DNA from: Polaromonas sp.
GTDB taxonomy: Bacteria; Pseudomonadota; Gammaproteobacteria; Burkholderiales; Burkholderiaceae_C
NCBI GenBank assembly: GCA_044357185.1
Contig: JBIKPY010000006.1
Location: 4,086-68,085, forward strand
Length of the DNA: 64,000 nucleotides
Reading direction: 5' to 3'
Shown: in pieces, positions 48,662 through 61,129 of the stretch
Numbering within the stretch: position 1 is the stretch's first letter
Layout of the letters: every line of letters begins with the position of its first letter
Notes under the pieces: generated by a model
What the model saw: the letters and a program-made list of their open reading frames with translations, nothing else
Database searches by the model: none
Told to the model about the DNA's origin: nothing
Translations under genes and position numbers: made by a program

Positions 48662-49420
48662 TCAGCGCAAGAAGGCGTCGTAGCCGGTCTTCAGGATCAG
48701 CGCGCTGACCACCAGAATGAAAACCACACGAACAAATCGCGCGCCATGTTTGAGCGCCATGTGTGTCCCCAGCAAGCTGCCCAGCACGTTGGCCACGGCC
48801 AGCGTCAAGGCAATGTGCCACCAGACGTGGCCTTTGTAGGCGAACAATAGCAAGGCCGACAAGTTGGTGGCGGTGTTGACCAGTTTGGCCGACGCTGAGG
48901 CATTTAAAAAGTCATAGCCCAGCCAGCGCACAAACAAAAAAACCAAAAAACTGCCGGTGCCCGGGCCGAAGAAGCCATCGTAAAAACCGATCACCAGCCC
49001 GATGCAACAGGCCGCCAGTGTTTCCGCGCGGCCGGCAAAGCGCGGCGCATGGTGGTGGCCGAGTTCTTTTTTGGCCAGGGTGTAGATCAACACACCCAGC
49101 AATACCAGCGGCAGCAGCTTGCGTAAAAACTGCGGAGAAATTTCAGTGACCAGCCAGGCCCCGGCCATGGAGCCGGCAAAGCCGGCCAGGGCGGCAGGCA
49201 GCAAGGCGTGCCAGCGCAAGTCAACCCGACGGGCATATTGCACGGAGGCCACGGCGGTGCCGCAGATGGAGGCCCCTTTGTTAACGCCAAAAAGTGTGGC
49301 CGGGTGGGTGCTTGGAAAGGCTGCAAACAGGGCCGGTACCAGCACCAGGCCACCACCGCCGACGATGGCGTCTACAAACCCGGCCAGCAAAGAGGCGGCG
49401 GTGACAAAGAAGATTTCCAT
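48662..49420 (-). CDS. TauE/SafE (TSUP) sulfite-exporter-family protein
   Basis: AGFVDAIVGGGGL, GFYDGFFGPGTGSF. Confidence 0.92.
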   Translation of the reverse strand: MEIFFVTAASLLAGFVDAIVGGGGLVLVPALFAAFPSTHPATLFGVNKGASICGTAVASVQYARRVDLRWHALLPAALAGFAGSMAGAWLVTEISPQFLRKLLPLVLLGVLIYTLAKKELGHHHAPRFAGRAETLAACCIGLVIGFYDGFFGPGTGSFLVFLFVRWLGYDFLNASASAKLVNTATNLSALLLFAYKGHVWWHIALTLAVANVLGSLLGTHMALKHGARFVRVVFILVVSALILKTGYDAFLR

Positions 49421-49459
49421 CCCGATGATTGTCTCAGGCCGCTTGCTGGAGCCGGGCAT

Positions 49460-49590
49460 AAAAAAAGCGCCGGGGTTGCCAGCGCTTTTTCGGGTCCATC
49501 GTGTGGACGGCCCGGTCATCTTGTTGCTTAGTTGACTTCTGAGTCTCCCCCACTCCTCGCAAGACGAGAGCTTGTCTCGTTTGCAATGGG
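49460..49590 (-). ncRNA. Candidate small structured RNA or leader with intrinsic terminator
   Basis: TATAGT -10 at 49599-49594, three hairpins, last one AGCGCTGG/CCGGCGCT followed by a 7-nt U-run. Confidence 0.5.
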
Positions 49591-49640
49591 ATCACTATAG
49601 GCGGCTGAACCAATGACCGCATTGGTGCTTTCCCGAGGGC

Positions 49641-51371
49641 TTATTCGCCGCGGGTGATCCAGGCCGCAGCTTTTTCCGCAATCATCAGGGTGGGTGAATT
49701 GGTGTTGCCGCTGGTGATGAGCGGCATCACGCCGGCATCGACCACGCGCAGCCCGCTGATGCCGCGCACCCGCAGGTGCGAGTCCACCACGGCCATCGGG
49801 TCGTCCAATTTGCCCATTTTGGTGGTGCCCACCGGGTGAAAAATGGTGGTGGCAATGTCGCCTGCCAGCCGCGTCAGTTCATCGTCGCTCTGGTGCTGAG
49901 CGCCGGGGCGGAACTCTTCGGGCTGGTAGGCGGCCAGCGCGCTCTGCCCGACGATGCGCCGCGTCAGGCGCAAAGACTCGACTGCCACCTGCCGGTCTTC
50001 GGGCGTGCTCAGGTAGTTCGGGGCAATGGCCGGTGCATCTTCAAAGCGAGAGCTCTTGATACTGACGCTGCCGCGGCTGGTCGGGTTGAGGTTGCAGACG
50101 CTGGCGGTGAAAGCGTTGAAGTCGTGCAGCGGCTCGCCAAAGGCGTCCAAGGACAGGGGTTGCACGTGGTACTGAATGTTTGGGTGGGGCCGCTCGGGGC
50201 TGGAGCGCGTGAAAGCGCCCAGCTGCGAAGGCGCCATGCTCATCGGACCGGTGCGGGACCAAGCGTATTCCAAACCGATTTTGGCCTTGCCCCAAAGCGA
50301 ATTGGCCATGGTGTTGAGGGTCACGTTGCGTTTGCCGCCGGTCCCGATTTTGTAGACCGAACGGATCTGCAAATGGTCTTGCAAGTTGGCGCCCACGCCG
50401 GGCAGGTCTTGTTTAACTTCAATGCCGTGCTGCTTGAGCAGCGCTGCCGGACCGATGCCCGAGAGTTGCAGGATCTGCGGCGAGCCGATGCTGCCAGCGC
50501 ACAGCAGCACCTCGCCGCGCAGCCCGCCCGAGTCGCGCGTGGCCAGCGCCTTGACGCGCTCGCTACCGCTCCAGACCTCAACGCCGGTGCAGCGCTGGCT
50601 GCCATCCGATTGCTTTTCAATGATCAACTGGCAGACTTGCGCGCTGGTCCACATTTCAAAGTTGGGCCGGCCAAAGCAGGTGGGGCGCAGAAAGGCTTTG
50701 GCCGTGTTCCAGCGAAAGCCGCTTTTCTGGTTGACTTCGAAATAGCCCACACCTTCGTTGTCGCCGGTGTTGAAGTCGTCAGTCGCCGGAATTCCGGCTT
50801 GCTGCGCCGCCAGCGAGAAGGCGTCCAGAATGTCCCAGCGCAGGCGCTGCTTTTCCACGCGCCATTCGCCGCCGAATTTTTGGGCCAGGCCCTGGCTGCC
50901 GGCGTGCTGGCTTTTGTGGCCGTGCAATCGCCGGAAGTTTTCGTTGACCTGGCCCTGCGATGCGTCAAGCTTGTAGTGGTCCTCGTGCATGCGAAAGCTG
51001 GCCAGCGCGCTGTCCCAGCGCCAGACATCGTCGCCGGTGAGTTCGGCCCAGCGTTCGTAGTCGCGCGCCTGACCGCGCATGTAGATCATGCCGTTGATGC
51101 TGGACGAGCCGCCCAGCGTCTTGCCGCGCGGGTAGCGCAACGAGCGGCCGTTCAGGCCGGGTTCTGACTCGGTCTGGTAGAGCCAGTCGGTGCGGGGGTT
51201 CCCGATGCAATGCAGGTAGCCCACCGGAATGTGGATCCAGTGGTAGTCGTCGCGCCGGCCGGCCTCGATCATCAGCACCCGCTTGCTGGCGTTGGCGCTC
51301 AGGCGGTTGGCGAGCAGACAACCGGCGGTGCCGCCGCCGATGATGATGTAGTCGAAGGTGGTGTCGCTCAT
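49641..51371 (-). CDS. GMC-family oxidoreductase (choline dehydrogenase-like)
   Basis: IIGGGTAG, GKTLGGSSSINGMIY, GANLQDH, FHPVGT, GNTNSPT. Confidence 0.93.
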   Translation of the reverse strand: MSDTTFDYIIIGGGTAGCLLANRLSANASKRVLMIEAGRRDDYHWIHIPVGYLHCIGNPRTDWLYQTESEPGLNGRSLRYPRGKTLGGSSSINGMIYMRGQARDYERWAELTGDDVWRWDSALASFRMHEDHYKLDASQGQVNENFRRLHGHKSQHAGSQGLAQKFGGEWRVEKQRLRWDILDAFSLAAQQAGIPATDDFNTGDNEGVGYFEVNQKSGFRWNTAKAFLRPTCFGRPNFEMWTSAQVCQLIIEKQSDGSQRCTGVEVWSGSERVKALATRDSGGLRGEVLLCAGSIGSPQILQLSGIGPAALLKQHGIEVKQDLPGVGANLQDHLQIRSVYKIGTGGKRNVTLNTMANSLWGKAKIGLEYAWSRTGPMSMAPSQLGAFTRSSPERPHPNIQYHVQPLSLDAFGEPLHDFNAFTASVCNLNPTSRGSVSIKSSRFEDAPAIAPNYLSTPEDRQVAVESLRLTRRIVGQSALAAYQPEEFRPGAQHQSDDELTRLAGDIATTIFHPVGTTKMGKLDDPMAVVDSHLRVRGISGLRVVDAGVMPLITSGNTNSPTLMIAEKAAAWITRGE

Positions 51372-51412
51372 GGTGTTTCGATACTTTCGAAAGTGAAGTC
51401 CAGCGCGAGAGA

Positions 51413-52051
51413 TCAGGCGTTGCCGCGTAAAACCGGAAACAGTTTGCTCAGGCCGTCGGCCATCAGTTCCACGGCCAGTGCTGCCAGGACCAGGCCCATC
51501 AGCCGGGTCATCACATTAATGCCGGTCTTGCCGAGTGCGCGTGCGATCGGGCCGGCCAGCGAAAAGCACAGCGCTGTGGCCAGCGCCACCACCACGCCGT
51601 AGCCGATCAGCGTGGCCATTTGCCAGAAGGTCTTGGCCTTGTCGGCATAAATCACCACGGTGGACATGGTGGCCGGGCCGGTCAGCAGCGGAATGGTCAG
51701 CGGCACCACAGCGATGCTGGCGCCTTGCGCGGCGCGTTCTTCGGCGTCATGCAATTCGTCGGAGTTGGTTTTGGTTTGCGGTGTTTCGGCGTTCAGCATG
51801 CTCAGTGAGGCAGTCAGCAGCAGCATGCCGCCGCCGACTTGAAAGCTGGCCAGGGAAACGCCGAAAAACTCCAGAATCTGCACGCCCAGCAATGCGCTTG
51901 CGGCAATCACCGCAAATGCGCTGCAAGAAGAAATCAGGATCGTGTGGCGACGCTGCTCCGGCGAGAAGCTTTGTGTGTAGTGAATGAAAAATGCCACGCA
52001 GGCCAGCGGGTTGACGATGGCCAGCAGCGTCACCAGGGGCTTGAAATCCAT
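51413..52051 (-). CDS. MarC-family membrane protein
   Basis: LLAIVNPL, FQVGGG, VPLTIPLLTGPA, TRLMGLVL. Confidence 0.93.
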   Translation of the reverse strand: MDFKPLVTLLAIVNPLACVAFFIHYTQSFSPEQRRHTILISSCSAFAVIAASALLGVQILEFFGVSLASFQVGGGMLLLTASLSMLNAETPQTKTNSDELHDAEERAAQGASIAVVPLTIPLLTGPATMSTVVIYADKAKTFWQMATLIGYGVVVALATALCFSLAGPIARALGKTGINVMTRLMGLVLAALAVELMADGLSKLFPVLRGNA

Positions 52052-52797
52052 CAGCGGCCGCCTGTCACGTCCAGCACGGTGCCGGTGGTGTAGCTGGACT
52101 CGGGGCTCATCAGCCAGAGGATGCTGCGGGCGACTTCTTCGGCGCTGCCGGGGCGCTGCATGGGCACCTGCGGCGCCATATCGCGGGCCCGGTCGGGCAG
52201 GCCGCCCGAAGCATGAATGTCGGTGTCGATGATGCCGGGCCGCACGGCGTTAACGCGTATACCCTCGGCGGCCACTTCCTTGGCCAGACCGACGGTGAAG
52301 CTGTCAATGGCGCCCTTGGCCGCTGCATAGTCCACGTACTGGCCGGGCGCGCCCAGGCGGGCCGCCACGCTGGACAGGTTGACGATTGTGCCGCCTGCGC
52401 CGCCGTGCCGCGTGCTCATGCGCCGCACGGCCTCGCGCGCGCAAATAAAGCTGCCATAGACATTGATCTCGAACATGCGCCTAAAGCGCGCCATGCTCAT
52501 GGCGTCCACGCGCGAGGTCTGGTCCACCACGCCGGCGTTGTTGACCAGTGCTGTCAGGCGGCCTAGCTTGGCATCGACTTTTTCAAACATCGTCAGCACT
52601 TGCGCTTCGTCTGCAACGTCAGCTTGAACCGCCATGGCAGTACCGCCGGCTTGACGGATTTGCCGCACGACTTCGTCGGCGGCCAAAGAATTGGCGCTGT
52701 AATTGACGGCAACGGCATAACCTTGGCGCGCTGCCAGCAGCGCCGTGGCAGCGCCAATACCGCGCGAAGCGCCAGTGATCAAAACAACAGCTGACAT
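52051..52797 (-). CDS. SDR-family oxidoreductase
   Basis: ITGASRGIG, LVNNAG, YAAAKG, RVNAVRPG. Confidence 0.94.
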   Translation of the reverse strand: MSAVVLITGASRGIGAATALLAARQGYAVAVNYSANSLAADEVVRQIRQAGGTAMAVQADVADEAQVLTMFEKVDAKLGRLTALVNNAGVVDQTSRVDAMSMARFRRMFEINVYGSFICAREAVRRMSTRHGGAGGTIVNLSSVAARLGAPGQYVDYAAAKGAIDSFTVGLAKEVAAEGIRVNAVRPGIIDTDIHASGGLPDRARDMAPQVPMQRPGSAEEVARSILWLMSPESSYTTGTVLDVTGGR

Positions 52798-52882
52798 GGG
52801 TTTCTCCGGCAACAATGGTGATGCCGGATATAAATGCCGGCAAGGATTCAATGTAACTCACTGCAACACTCCGGAGAGCCCC

Positions 52883-53485
52883 TTGAGCGCCACCATCGAC
52901 TACTACTTCAGCCCGCCAAGCCCCTGGACTTACCTGGGCCATGCGCGTTTTACCGACATGGCCCGCCGGGCCGGCGCCAGCATTCGCTTGCTGCCCACGG
53001 ATTTCGGCAAGGTTTTTGCCGTCTCCGGTGGCCTGCCGCTGGGCCAGCGTGCGCCGCAGCGCCAGGCTTACCGCCTGCTTGAGCTGGCGCGTTTCAGCCA
53101 GCATTTGCAGCTGCCCATGCATGTCAAGCCGCGCTTTTTCCCTGTGGCCGGCGACGACGCGGCTTGCCTGATCATTGCGGTAGACCTGTATGACGGCGTG
53201 GAGGCGGCGATGCGCTTGAGCGGCGCTGTCTTTGAAGCCGTCTGGCGCGACGAGCGCAATATTGCCGATGCCGCTGTACTGGCCCAATTGCTCAGCGAGC
53301 AAGGCTTGAGCGCGCAGCGCCTGCAACAAGCCGGCAGTGCTGAAGTTACCCAGCGCTACCATGCCAATACCCAGCAGGCTATCGACAAGTCCGTGTTCGG
53401 GGCGCCGACCTATGTGGTCGATGGCGACATGTTCTGGGGCCAGGACCGGCTTGACTTTGTCGAGCGAAAACTGCTGGCCGACTAA
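52883..53485 (+). CDS. 2-hydroxychromene-2-carboxylate isomerase/DsbA-family (GST kappa) protein, TTG start
   Basis: IDYYFSPPSPWTYLG, VFGAPTYVVDGDMFWGQDRL. Confidence 0.9.
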   Translation: MSATIDYYFSPPSPWTYLGHARFTDMARRAGASIRLLPTDFGKVFAVSGGLPLGQRAPQRQAYRLLELARFSQHLQLPMHVKPRFFPVAGDDAACLIIAVDLYDGVEAAMRLSGAVFEAVWRDERNIADAAVLAQLLSEQGLSAQRLQQAGSAEVTQRYHANTQQAIDKSVFGAPTYVVDGDMFWGQDRLDFVERKLLAD

Positions 53486-53517
53486 ATCCTTTTTCTTTTT
53501 TTCAGGAGTGACTCAAC

Positions 53518-54207
53518 ATGGGCTCTTTCATTGAACTTACCGCTGCCGATGGTTTCAAGCTGCCGGCCTACTTGGCCGCGCCGGCCGGCCAACCCAAGGG
53601 CGCGGTGGTCGTGCTGCAAGAAATTTTCGGCGTCAATTCGCACATCCGCGCGGTCGCAGATGGCTACGGAGCGGCCGGCTACCTGGCGATTGCGCCGGCC
53701 ACTTTTCACCGCGTTCAGGCGGGTGTCGAGCTGGGCTATACCGAACCCGACTTTGGCCAGGGCTTTGGTCTGAAGGCCGCTGTCGAGGCGCTGCCGGCGC
53801 CCGGCGTTTTGCAAGACATTCAGGCGACGATTGACCACGCCCGCCAGGCCAGCGGCGGCAAGGTCGGCATCGTCGGCTATTGCTGGGGCGGCTTGCTGAG
53901 CTGGCGTGCAGCCTGCTTGCTCAAGGGCCTGAGCGCAGCGGTTTGCTACTACGGCGGCGGTATGACAGGCCCCGCAGAGTCAGCGCGCCAGCCGGCCTGC
54001 CCGGTGCTGGCCCATTTCGGTAAAAAAGACCACTGGATTGCCATGGACACGGTCAATGCATTCGCCGCCGCGCACCCGGAGGTGACGGTGCAGGCCTATG
54101 AGGCCGACCATGGTTTCAACTGTGACCAGCGCGGCTCTTACGATGAGCCCGCAGCAACGCTGGCACGCGCGCGCACGCTGGAATTCTTTGGCAGGCACTT
54201 GGCCTGA
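53518..54207 (+). CDS. Dienelactone hydrolase-family protein
   Basis: QEIFGVN, GYCWGG (nucleophile Cys), D and H triad (AHFGKKD, ADHGF). Confidence 0.94.
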   Translation: MGSFIELTAADGFKLPAYLAAPAGQPKGAVVVLQEIFGVNSHIRAVADGYGAAGYLAIAPATFHRVQAGVELGYTEPDFGQGFGLKAAVEALPAPGVLQDIQATIDHARQASGGKVGIVGYCWGGLLSWRAACLLKGLSAAVCYYGGGMTGPAESARQPACPVLAHFGKKDHWIAMDTVNAFAAAHPEVTVQAYEADHGFNCDQRGSYDEPAATLARARTLEFFGRHLA

Positions 54208-54221
54208 CTTGCGGCCTAAAG

Positions 54222-55376
54222 TTATCGCGCGGTTCTGGCCAGGTACTGCTTGCGCCAGAACACCATCACCACGACGATCACCAGCAGGATCATGGCGCCG
54301 AACACCCACCAGAAGCCGTCGGCTGAGTGAATCAGCGGCATGAATTCGAAGTTCATGCCGAAAAAGCCGGTGATCAGGTTCAGCGGCAAAAAGATGGCGG
54401 TGAGCGCGGTGAGCGTGCGCATGATGCTGTTGGTACGGTTGCTCTGCGCGCTGAAGTGGATTTGCACCACTGTTTCAGCGGATTGCTCAAGCCGGCGTGC
54501 GTGATGCACCACGCGTTGGATGTGTTCAATCACATCGCGCGCCCGCGCCACCAGCTGGTCGCGCCGGGTGTGCGCCAGCTGCGTATCGGCGGCAAACGAG
54601 GACATCGGCTGCTCGCGCAATGAATCGAGCCACTCCTGCATGGCGTCATGCTGTTCGTCACACAGGTCTTCCAGAACATGCAGCTGGCTGCGCGCACTCA
54701 TCAGCGAGCCCCAGTTGATAAAGCGCGAATTGGGTTTGAGCAGCTCAGCTTGCCAGTGCTCTAGTTGTTGGGTGAGTTCCTTGCGCACGTCGATGTAGCT
54801 GTCGACCATGGTGTTGACCATGCGCAGCACCAGGTCGGCGGGGCTGGAGGGCATGCGGTTGCGCGACGAGACACTGTCCACGCTGAACTTGGCATCGCTC
54901 AGTGCGCGTTCGATGAAGTTCGTGGCGGTGTAGCAGCCGCGCGGGTGCACGCTGATCAGCAGCCGGTCAAACACCACAAACCCCACCGCCTTGGAGTTGA
55001 TGCGATTGAAGGCGGGCAGGCCGCCGCGAGGTTTGATGTACGGCTCGCCACCCTGCCCGTGGTAGAGCTCGACGGCGGCTTCCTGCTCGCGGTCTAGCCG
55101 TGTTTCGAGCGGCGTGGCCAGTCGCCGGAAAATAATCAGGTCGTAAATGGAGGTGTAGTCGTAGTGGGAGCAATGGCCCGCGTTGCCCAGGTCCTGGCTG
55201 TGCAGGTCCAGCAGCACGGAGCCGCCCAGTTGCTGGGCTGCAAGCTGCAGCAAGGGCTCCTGGGTCTCGACTTCGGGGCGGTCCAGAAACACCCAGACAA
55301 AACCGTCAGACGGCGCCTGCGCAGGCAGGGTGTCTGAAAAGCGCAAGCAGTCGGCGGTGAATTCAACTATTTGCAC
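54222..55376 (-). CDS. corA: CorA-family divalent cation transporter
   Basis: C-terminal TM pair with FFGMNF. Confidence 0.88.
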   Translation of the reverse strand: MQIVEFTADCLRFSDTLPAQAPSDGFVWVFLDRPEVETQEPLLQLAAQQLGGSVLLDLHSQDLGNAGHCSHYDYTSIYDLIIFRRLATPLETRLDREQEAAVELYHGQGGEPYIKPRGGLPAFNRINSKAVGFVVFDRLLISVHPRGCYTATNFIERALSDAKFSVDSVSSRNRMPSSPADLVLRMVNTMVDSYIDVRKELTQQLEHWQAELLKPNSRFINWGSLMSARSQLHVLEDLCDEQHDAMQEWLDSLREQPMSSFAADTQLAHTRRDQLVARARDVIEHIQRVVHHARRLEQSAETVVQIHFSAQSNRTNSIMRTLTALTAIFLPLNLITGFFGMNFEFMPLIHSADGFWWVFGAMILLVIVVVMVFWRKQYLARTAR

Positions 55377-55399
55377 ATGGCTGGCCGGCTAGATGGTGA

Positions 55400-58052
<2,653 letters not shown>

Positions 58053-58061
58053 AATCAAGGC

Positions 58062-58433
58062 ATGACTCTTGTGACAACTTCGCCTTCAGATGGCAGTGCA
58101 GCGCCGGCATCTTATTACCAGCGCCATGTTTTCTTTTGTTTGAATGAGCGCAGTAACGGCCAGAACGCCTGCGCGCATCACGGGGCGCAAGCCGCGTTTG
58201 ACCATTGCAAGTCTCGCGTCAAAGACGCCGGCTTGAGCGGCCCCGGGCAGGTGCGCGTTAACAAGGCCGGTTGCTTGGACCGTTGTGCTGCAGGCCCTGT
58301 GCTGGTGGTGTACCCGGAGGCGGTCTGGTACAGCTACGTTGATGTGCATGACATTGACGAAATTGTTCAATCGCACCTTCAAAACGGTCAGGTGGTGGAG
58401 CGTTTGCTGACGCCGCCGCATCTGGGTCGCTGA
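58062..58433 (+). CDS. Thioredoxin-like [2Fe-2S] ferredoxin
   Basis: HVFFCLN...C, NKAGCLDRCAAGP, VYPEAVWY. Confidence 0.93.
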   Translation: MTLVTTSPSDGSAAPASYYQRHVFFCLNERSNGQNACAHHGAQAAFDHCKSRVKDAGLSGPGQVRVNKAGCLDRCAAGPVLVVYPEAVWYSYVDVHDIDEIVQSHLQNGQVVERLLTPPHLGR

Positions 58434-58459
58434 AGCCTAGTCTTCACGAACGCCTGGTT

Positions 58460-59080
58460 TTGAACGCACAAACACAAAAACTCACGATCCAAGGCCAGTC
58501 GGGCCGGATCGAAATGGCCCTGGACGAGCCCGCCGTCGCCTCCAAAGGTGTGGCCGTGATTGCCCATCCGCATCCTTTGTTTGGCGGCACCATGGACAAC
58601 AAGGTGGTGCAAACATTGGCCCGCGCCTTCACCCAGTGTGGCTGGACGGCGGTCCGCTTTAATTTCCGGGGTGTGGGCGGCAGCGAGGGCAGCCATGACG
58701 AAGGCCGCGGCGAACTGTTGGACATGCTGTCCGTGGTCCGGTATGCCGCACCGGCCGGGCGATTGGCGCTGGCGGGTTTTTCTTTCGGCGCCTTTGTCAC
58801 CACACACGCTTTGGCCGCCCTGGAGCAAGAGCGTGAGATCGACAGCCTGGTGCTGGTCGGTACCGCCGCCAGCCGGTTTGCGGTCGCGCCTGTTCCGAGC
58901 CAGGCGCTTGCCAAGACCTTGGTGATCCACGGCGAGAGCGACGACACGGTGCCCTTGGCCAATGTGCTCGACTGGGCTCGTCCTCAATTCCTGCCGGTCA
59001 CGGTGGTGCCGGGAGTGGGTCATTTCTTTCATGGACAATTGCCTTTGTTAAAGAGCCTGGTGGTCCGTCATTTGAGTTAA
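58460..59080 (+). CDS. Alpha/beta hydrolase
   Basis: HPHPLFGGTMDNKV, GFSFG, HGESDD, HFFHG. Confidence 0.92.
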   Translation: MNAQTQKLTIQGQSGRIEMALDEPAVASKGVAVIAHPHPLFGGTMDNKVVQTLARAFTQCGWTAVRFNFRGVGGSEGSHDEGRGELLDMLSVVRYAAPAGRLALAGFSFGAFVTTHALAALEQEREIDSLVLVGTAASRFAVAPVPSQALAKTLVIHGESDDTVPLANVLDWARPQFLPVTVVPGVGHFFHGQLPLLKSLVVRHLS

Positions 59081-59150
59081 AGACGTGCCGGCTAGCCGCC
59101 CTTTTTTTGAACAGTTACGGCGCGCCTTCTTATTGAAGAAAAAAACACCC

Positions 59151-60350
59151 ATGCCCCGATTCACACGCGTGCTGGCCGCTCTTGCCAGCTTTTTTGTTTT
59201 TTTTGCAACGCTGTTGCAGGGTGCCCCGGTGCTGGCCCAGCAAGTTCAGCCGCCAGAGGTGGCGGCGCGTGCTTATCTGGTGCTGGACATCACGGCCAAC
59301 CAGATTCTGGCGGCCAAAGACATTGACACGCCCATTGAGCCGGCGTCGCTGACAAAGCTGATGACGGCCTATCTGGTATTTGATGCACTCAGAGCCAAAA
59401 AAATAGACCTCAAGCAAACCTTGGGGGTGAGCGAGCGCGCCTGGAAAATGCCAGGTTCGCGCATGTTCATCGATCCCAAGATGAAAGTGCCGGTTGAGGA
59501 TCTGATCAAAGGCATGATCGTGCAGTCAGGCAATGACGCTACGGTGGCCCTGGCAGAGGGCGTGGGCGGCACTGTCGAGCGCTTTGTGCAGATGATGAAC
59601 GAGCGCGCCAAGATTTTGGACATGAAGTCCACCAGCTTCACCAACCCCGAAGGCTTGACCGAGCCAGGCCACAGCACAACCGCCCGCGATTTGAGCCTGC
59701 TGGCAACCCGGCTGCTGCAGGATTTCCCCGACTACACGGGCTACTATGCCCTGAAAAAATACCGCTACCCGGGCACACCTGCAGCCAACGACAGCAACCG
59801 AAACTTGTTGCTGTTTCGCGACCCTTCAGTCGACGGCCTCAAAACCGGCCACACAGCTGCAGCGGGTTTTTGCATGATCGCCACCGCCAAGCGGGAGGTT
59901 CCCGGTCTGGGCGCTCAGGGGGCGCAGGGAAATCGCCGCCTTATGGCCATTGTGCTGGGCGCCGCCAGCGAAAACGCCCGGGCCACCGAGGCGCAAAAAC
60001 TGCTTAATTGGGGCTATACCGCGTTTGAAGTGGTCAAGCTGTTTGACGCAGCGCAACCGGTGGTGTCCCCCCCGGTCTGGAAGGGTAAGTCCAATGTAGT
60101 CAATCTGGGCCGTCCTGAAGCCATCGTGGTGGCGGTACCGGCGGGCAGCGGCGCCAAGCTCAAAACGCAGGTGGTCCGGCCCAACCCCTTGGTCGCCCCG
60201 TTCCGGCGCGGCCAGGCGATCGGCACGCTCAGGGTCACCGCGGCCAATGATGCTGTGCTGGCCGAAGTGCCTTTGCTGGCGCTGGAAGCTGTCGACGAGG
60301 CTGGCGTCCTGGGGCGGGCCTGGGACTCGATCCGCCTTTGGATCAAGTAA
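59151..60350 (+). CDS. D-alanyl-D-alanine carboxypeptidase (PBP5/6, peptidase S11)
   Basis: PASLTKLM (SxxK), SGND (SxN), LKTGHT. Confidence 0.95.
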   Translation: MPRFTRVLAALASFFVFFATLLQGAPVLAQQVQPPEVAARAYLVLDITANQILAAKDIDTPIEPASLTKLMTAYLVFDALRAKKIDLKQTLGVSERAWKMPGSRMFIDPKMKVPVEDLIKGMIVQSGNDATVALAEGVGGTVERFVQMMNERAKILDMKSTSFTNPEGLTEPGHSTTARDLSLLATRLLQDFPDYTGYYALKKYRYPGTPAANDSNRNLLLFRDPSVDGLKTGHTAAAGFCMIATAKREVPGLGAQGAQGNRRLMAIVLGAASENARATEAQKLLNWGYTAFEVVKLFDAAQPVVSPPVWKGKSNVVNLGRPEAIVVAVPAGSGAKLKTQVVRPNPLVAPFRRGQAIGTLRVTAANDAVLAEVPLLALEAVDEAGVLGRAWDSIRLWIK

Positions 60351-60384
60351 AGGCCGCTTGATTGGGCGGCGGCAAGCCCTGGAT

Positions 60385-60413
60385 TTGCGCGCCTCATTCC
60401 GGCCTGCTACACT
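60385..60413 (+). promoter_or_regulatory. sigma70-like promoter of the str operon
   Basis: TTGCGC-N17-TACACT upstream of rpsL. Confidence 0.65.
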
Positions 60414-60523
60414 CATAGGCTTTTCCGGAAATTCCGGAGGGATTTACGTTTTTCCGGTTTTTCACGTGCCAGGCACGGCCTGACCGGGTCAGTTAGATAT
60501 CAGACGTTGAGGGACGTTTTTAA

Positions 60524-60901
60524 ATGCCAACCATTAACCAGCTAGTGCGTCAGGGGCGCGAAGTCGAGAAAGTCAACTCGAAAAGCCCCGCGATGCAAAA
60601 CTCTCCGCAGCGCCGCGGCGTGTGCACCCGTGTGTACACCACGACGCCAAAGAAACCAAACTCTGCCTTGCGTAAAGTCGCCAAAGTGCGCCTGACCAAC
60701 GGTTTTGAGATCATCTCCTACATCGGCGGCGAAGGCCACAACCTGCAGGAACACAGCGTGGTGCTGGTTCGTGGCGGTCGTGTCAAGGACTTGCCCGGTG
60801 TTCGTTACCACATCGTGCGCGGTTCGCTCGACTTGCAAGGCGTGAAAGACCGCAAGCAGTCACGCTCCAAGTACGGCGCGAAAAAGCCAAAGGCCAAATA
60901 A
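60524..60901 (+). CDS. rpsL: 30S ribosomal protein S12
   Basis: [27 protein letters not shown]. Confidence 0.99.
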   Translation: MPTINQLVRQGREVEKVNSKSPAMQNSPQRRGVCTRVYTTTPKKPNSALRKVAKVRLTNGFEIISYIGGEGHNLQEHSVVLVRGGRVKDLPGVRYHIVRGSLDLQGVKDRKQSRSKYGAKKPKAK

Positions 60902-61129
60902 GCCCGGCCGGCTCGGCCTGCGAAAGCAGTGTCCGCGCCAGAAGCGCTTGCAAATGGTTTGCAAACGACTTCAAAACAAGGTGCTCCCTTCGTCCCGGCA
61001 GGGCGTTGAGAGCGAAGTGACCCAAGCGCAAATAGTTGTGCCGGTCGAGTAAGTGAGAGTTTTTTAACTCTCGCGGCGTTTCCCCAGGTCTGCCTGGTGT
61101 GATGCCAACTGAAGCAAAGAGGTGAAAAA

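Noticed and set aside
60524-60901. Possible streptomycin-resistance allele of rpsL
   Set aside because: Both diagnostic lysines (TPKKPNS, RVKDLP) are wild type.
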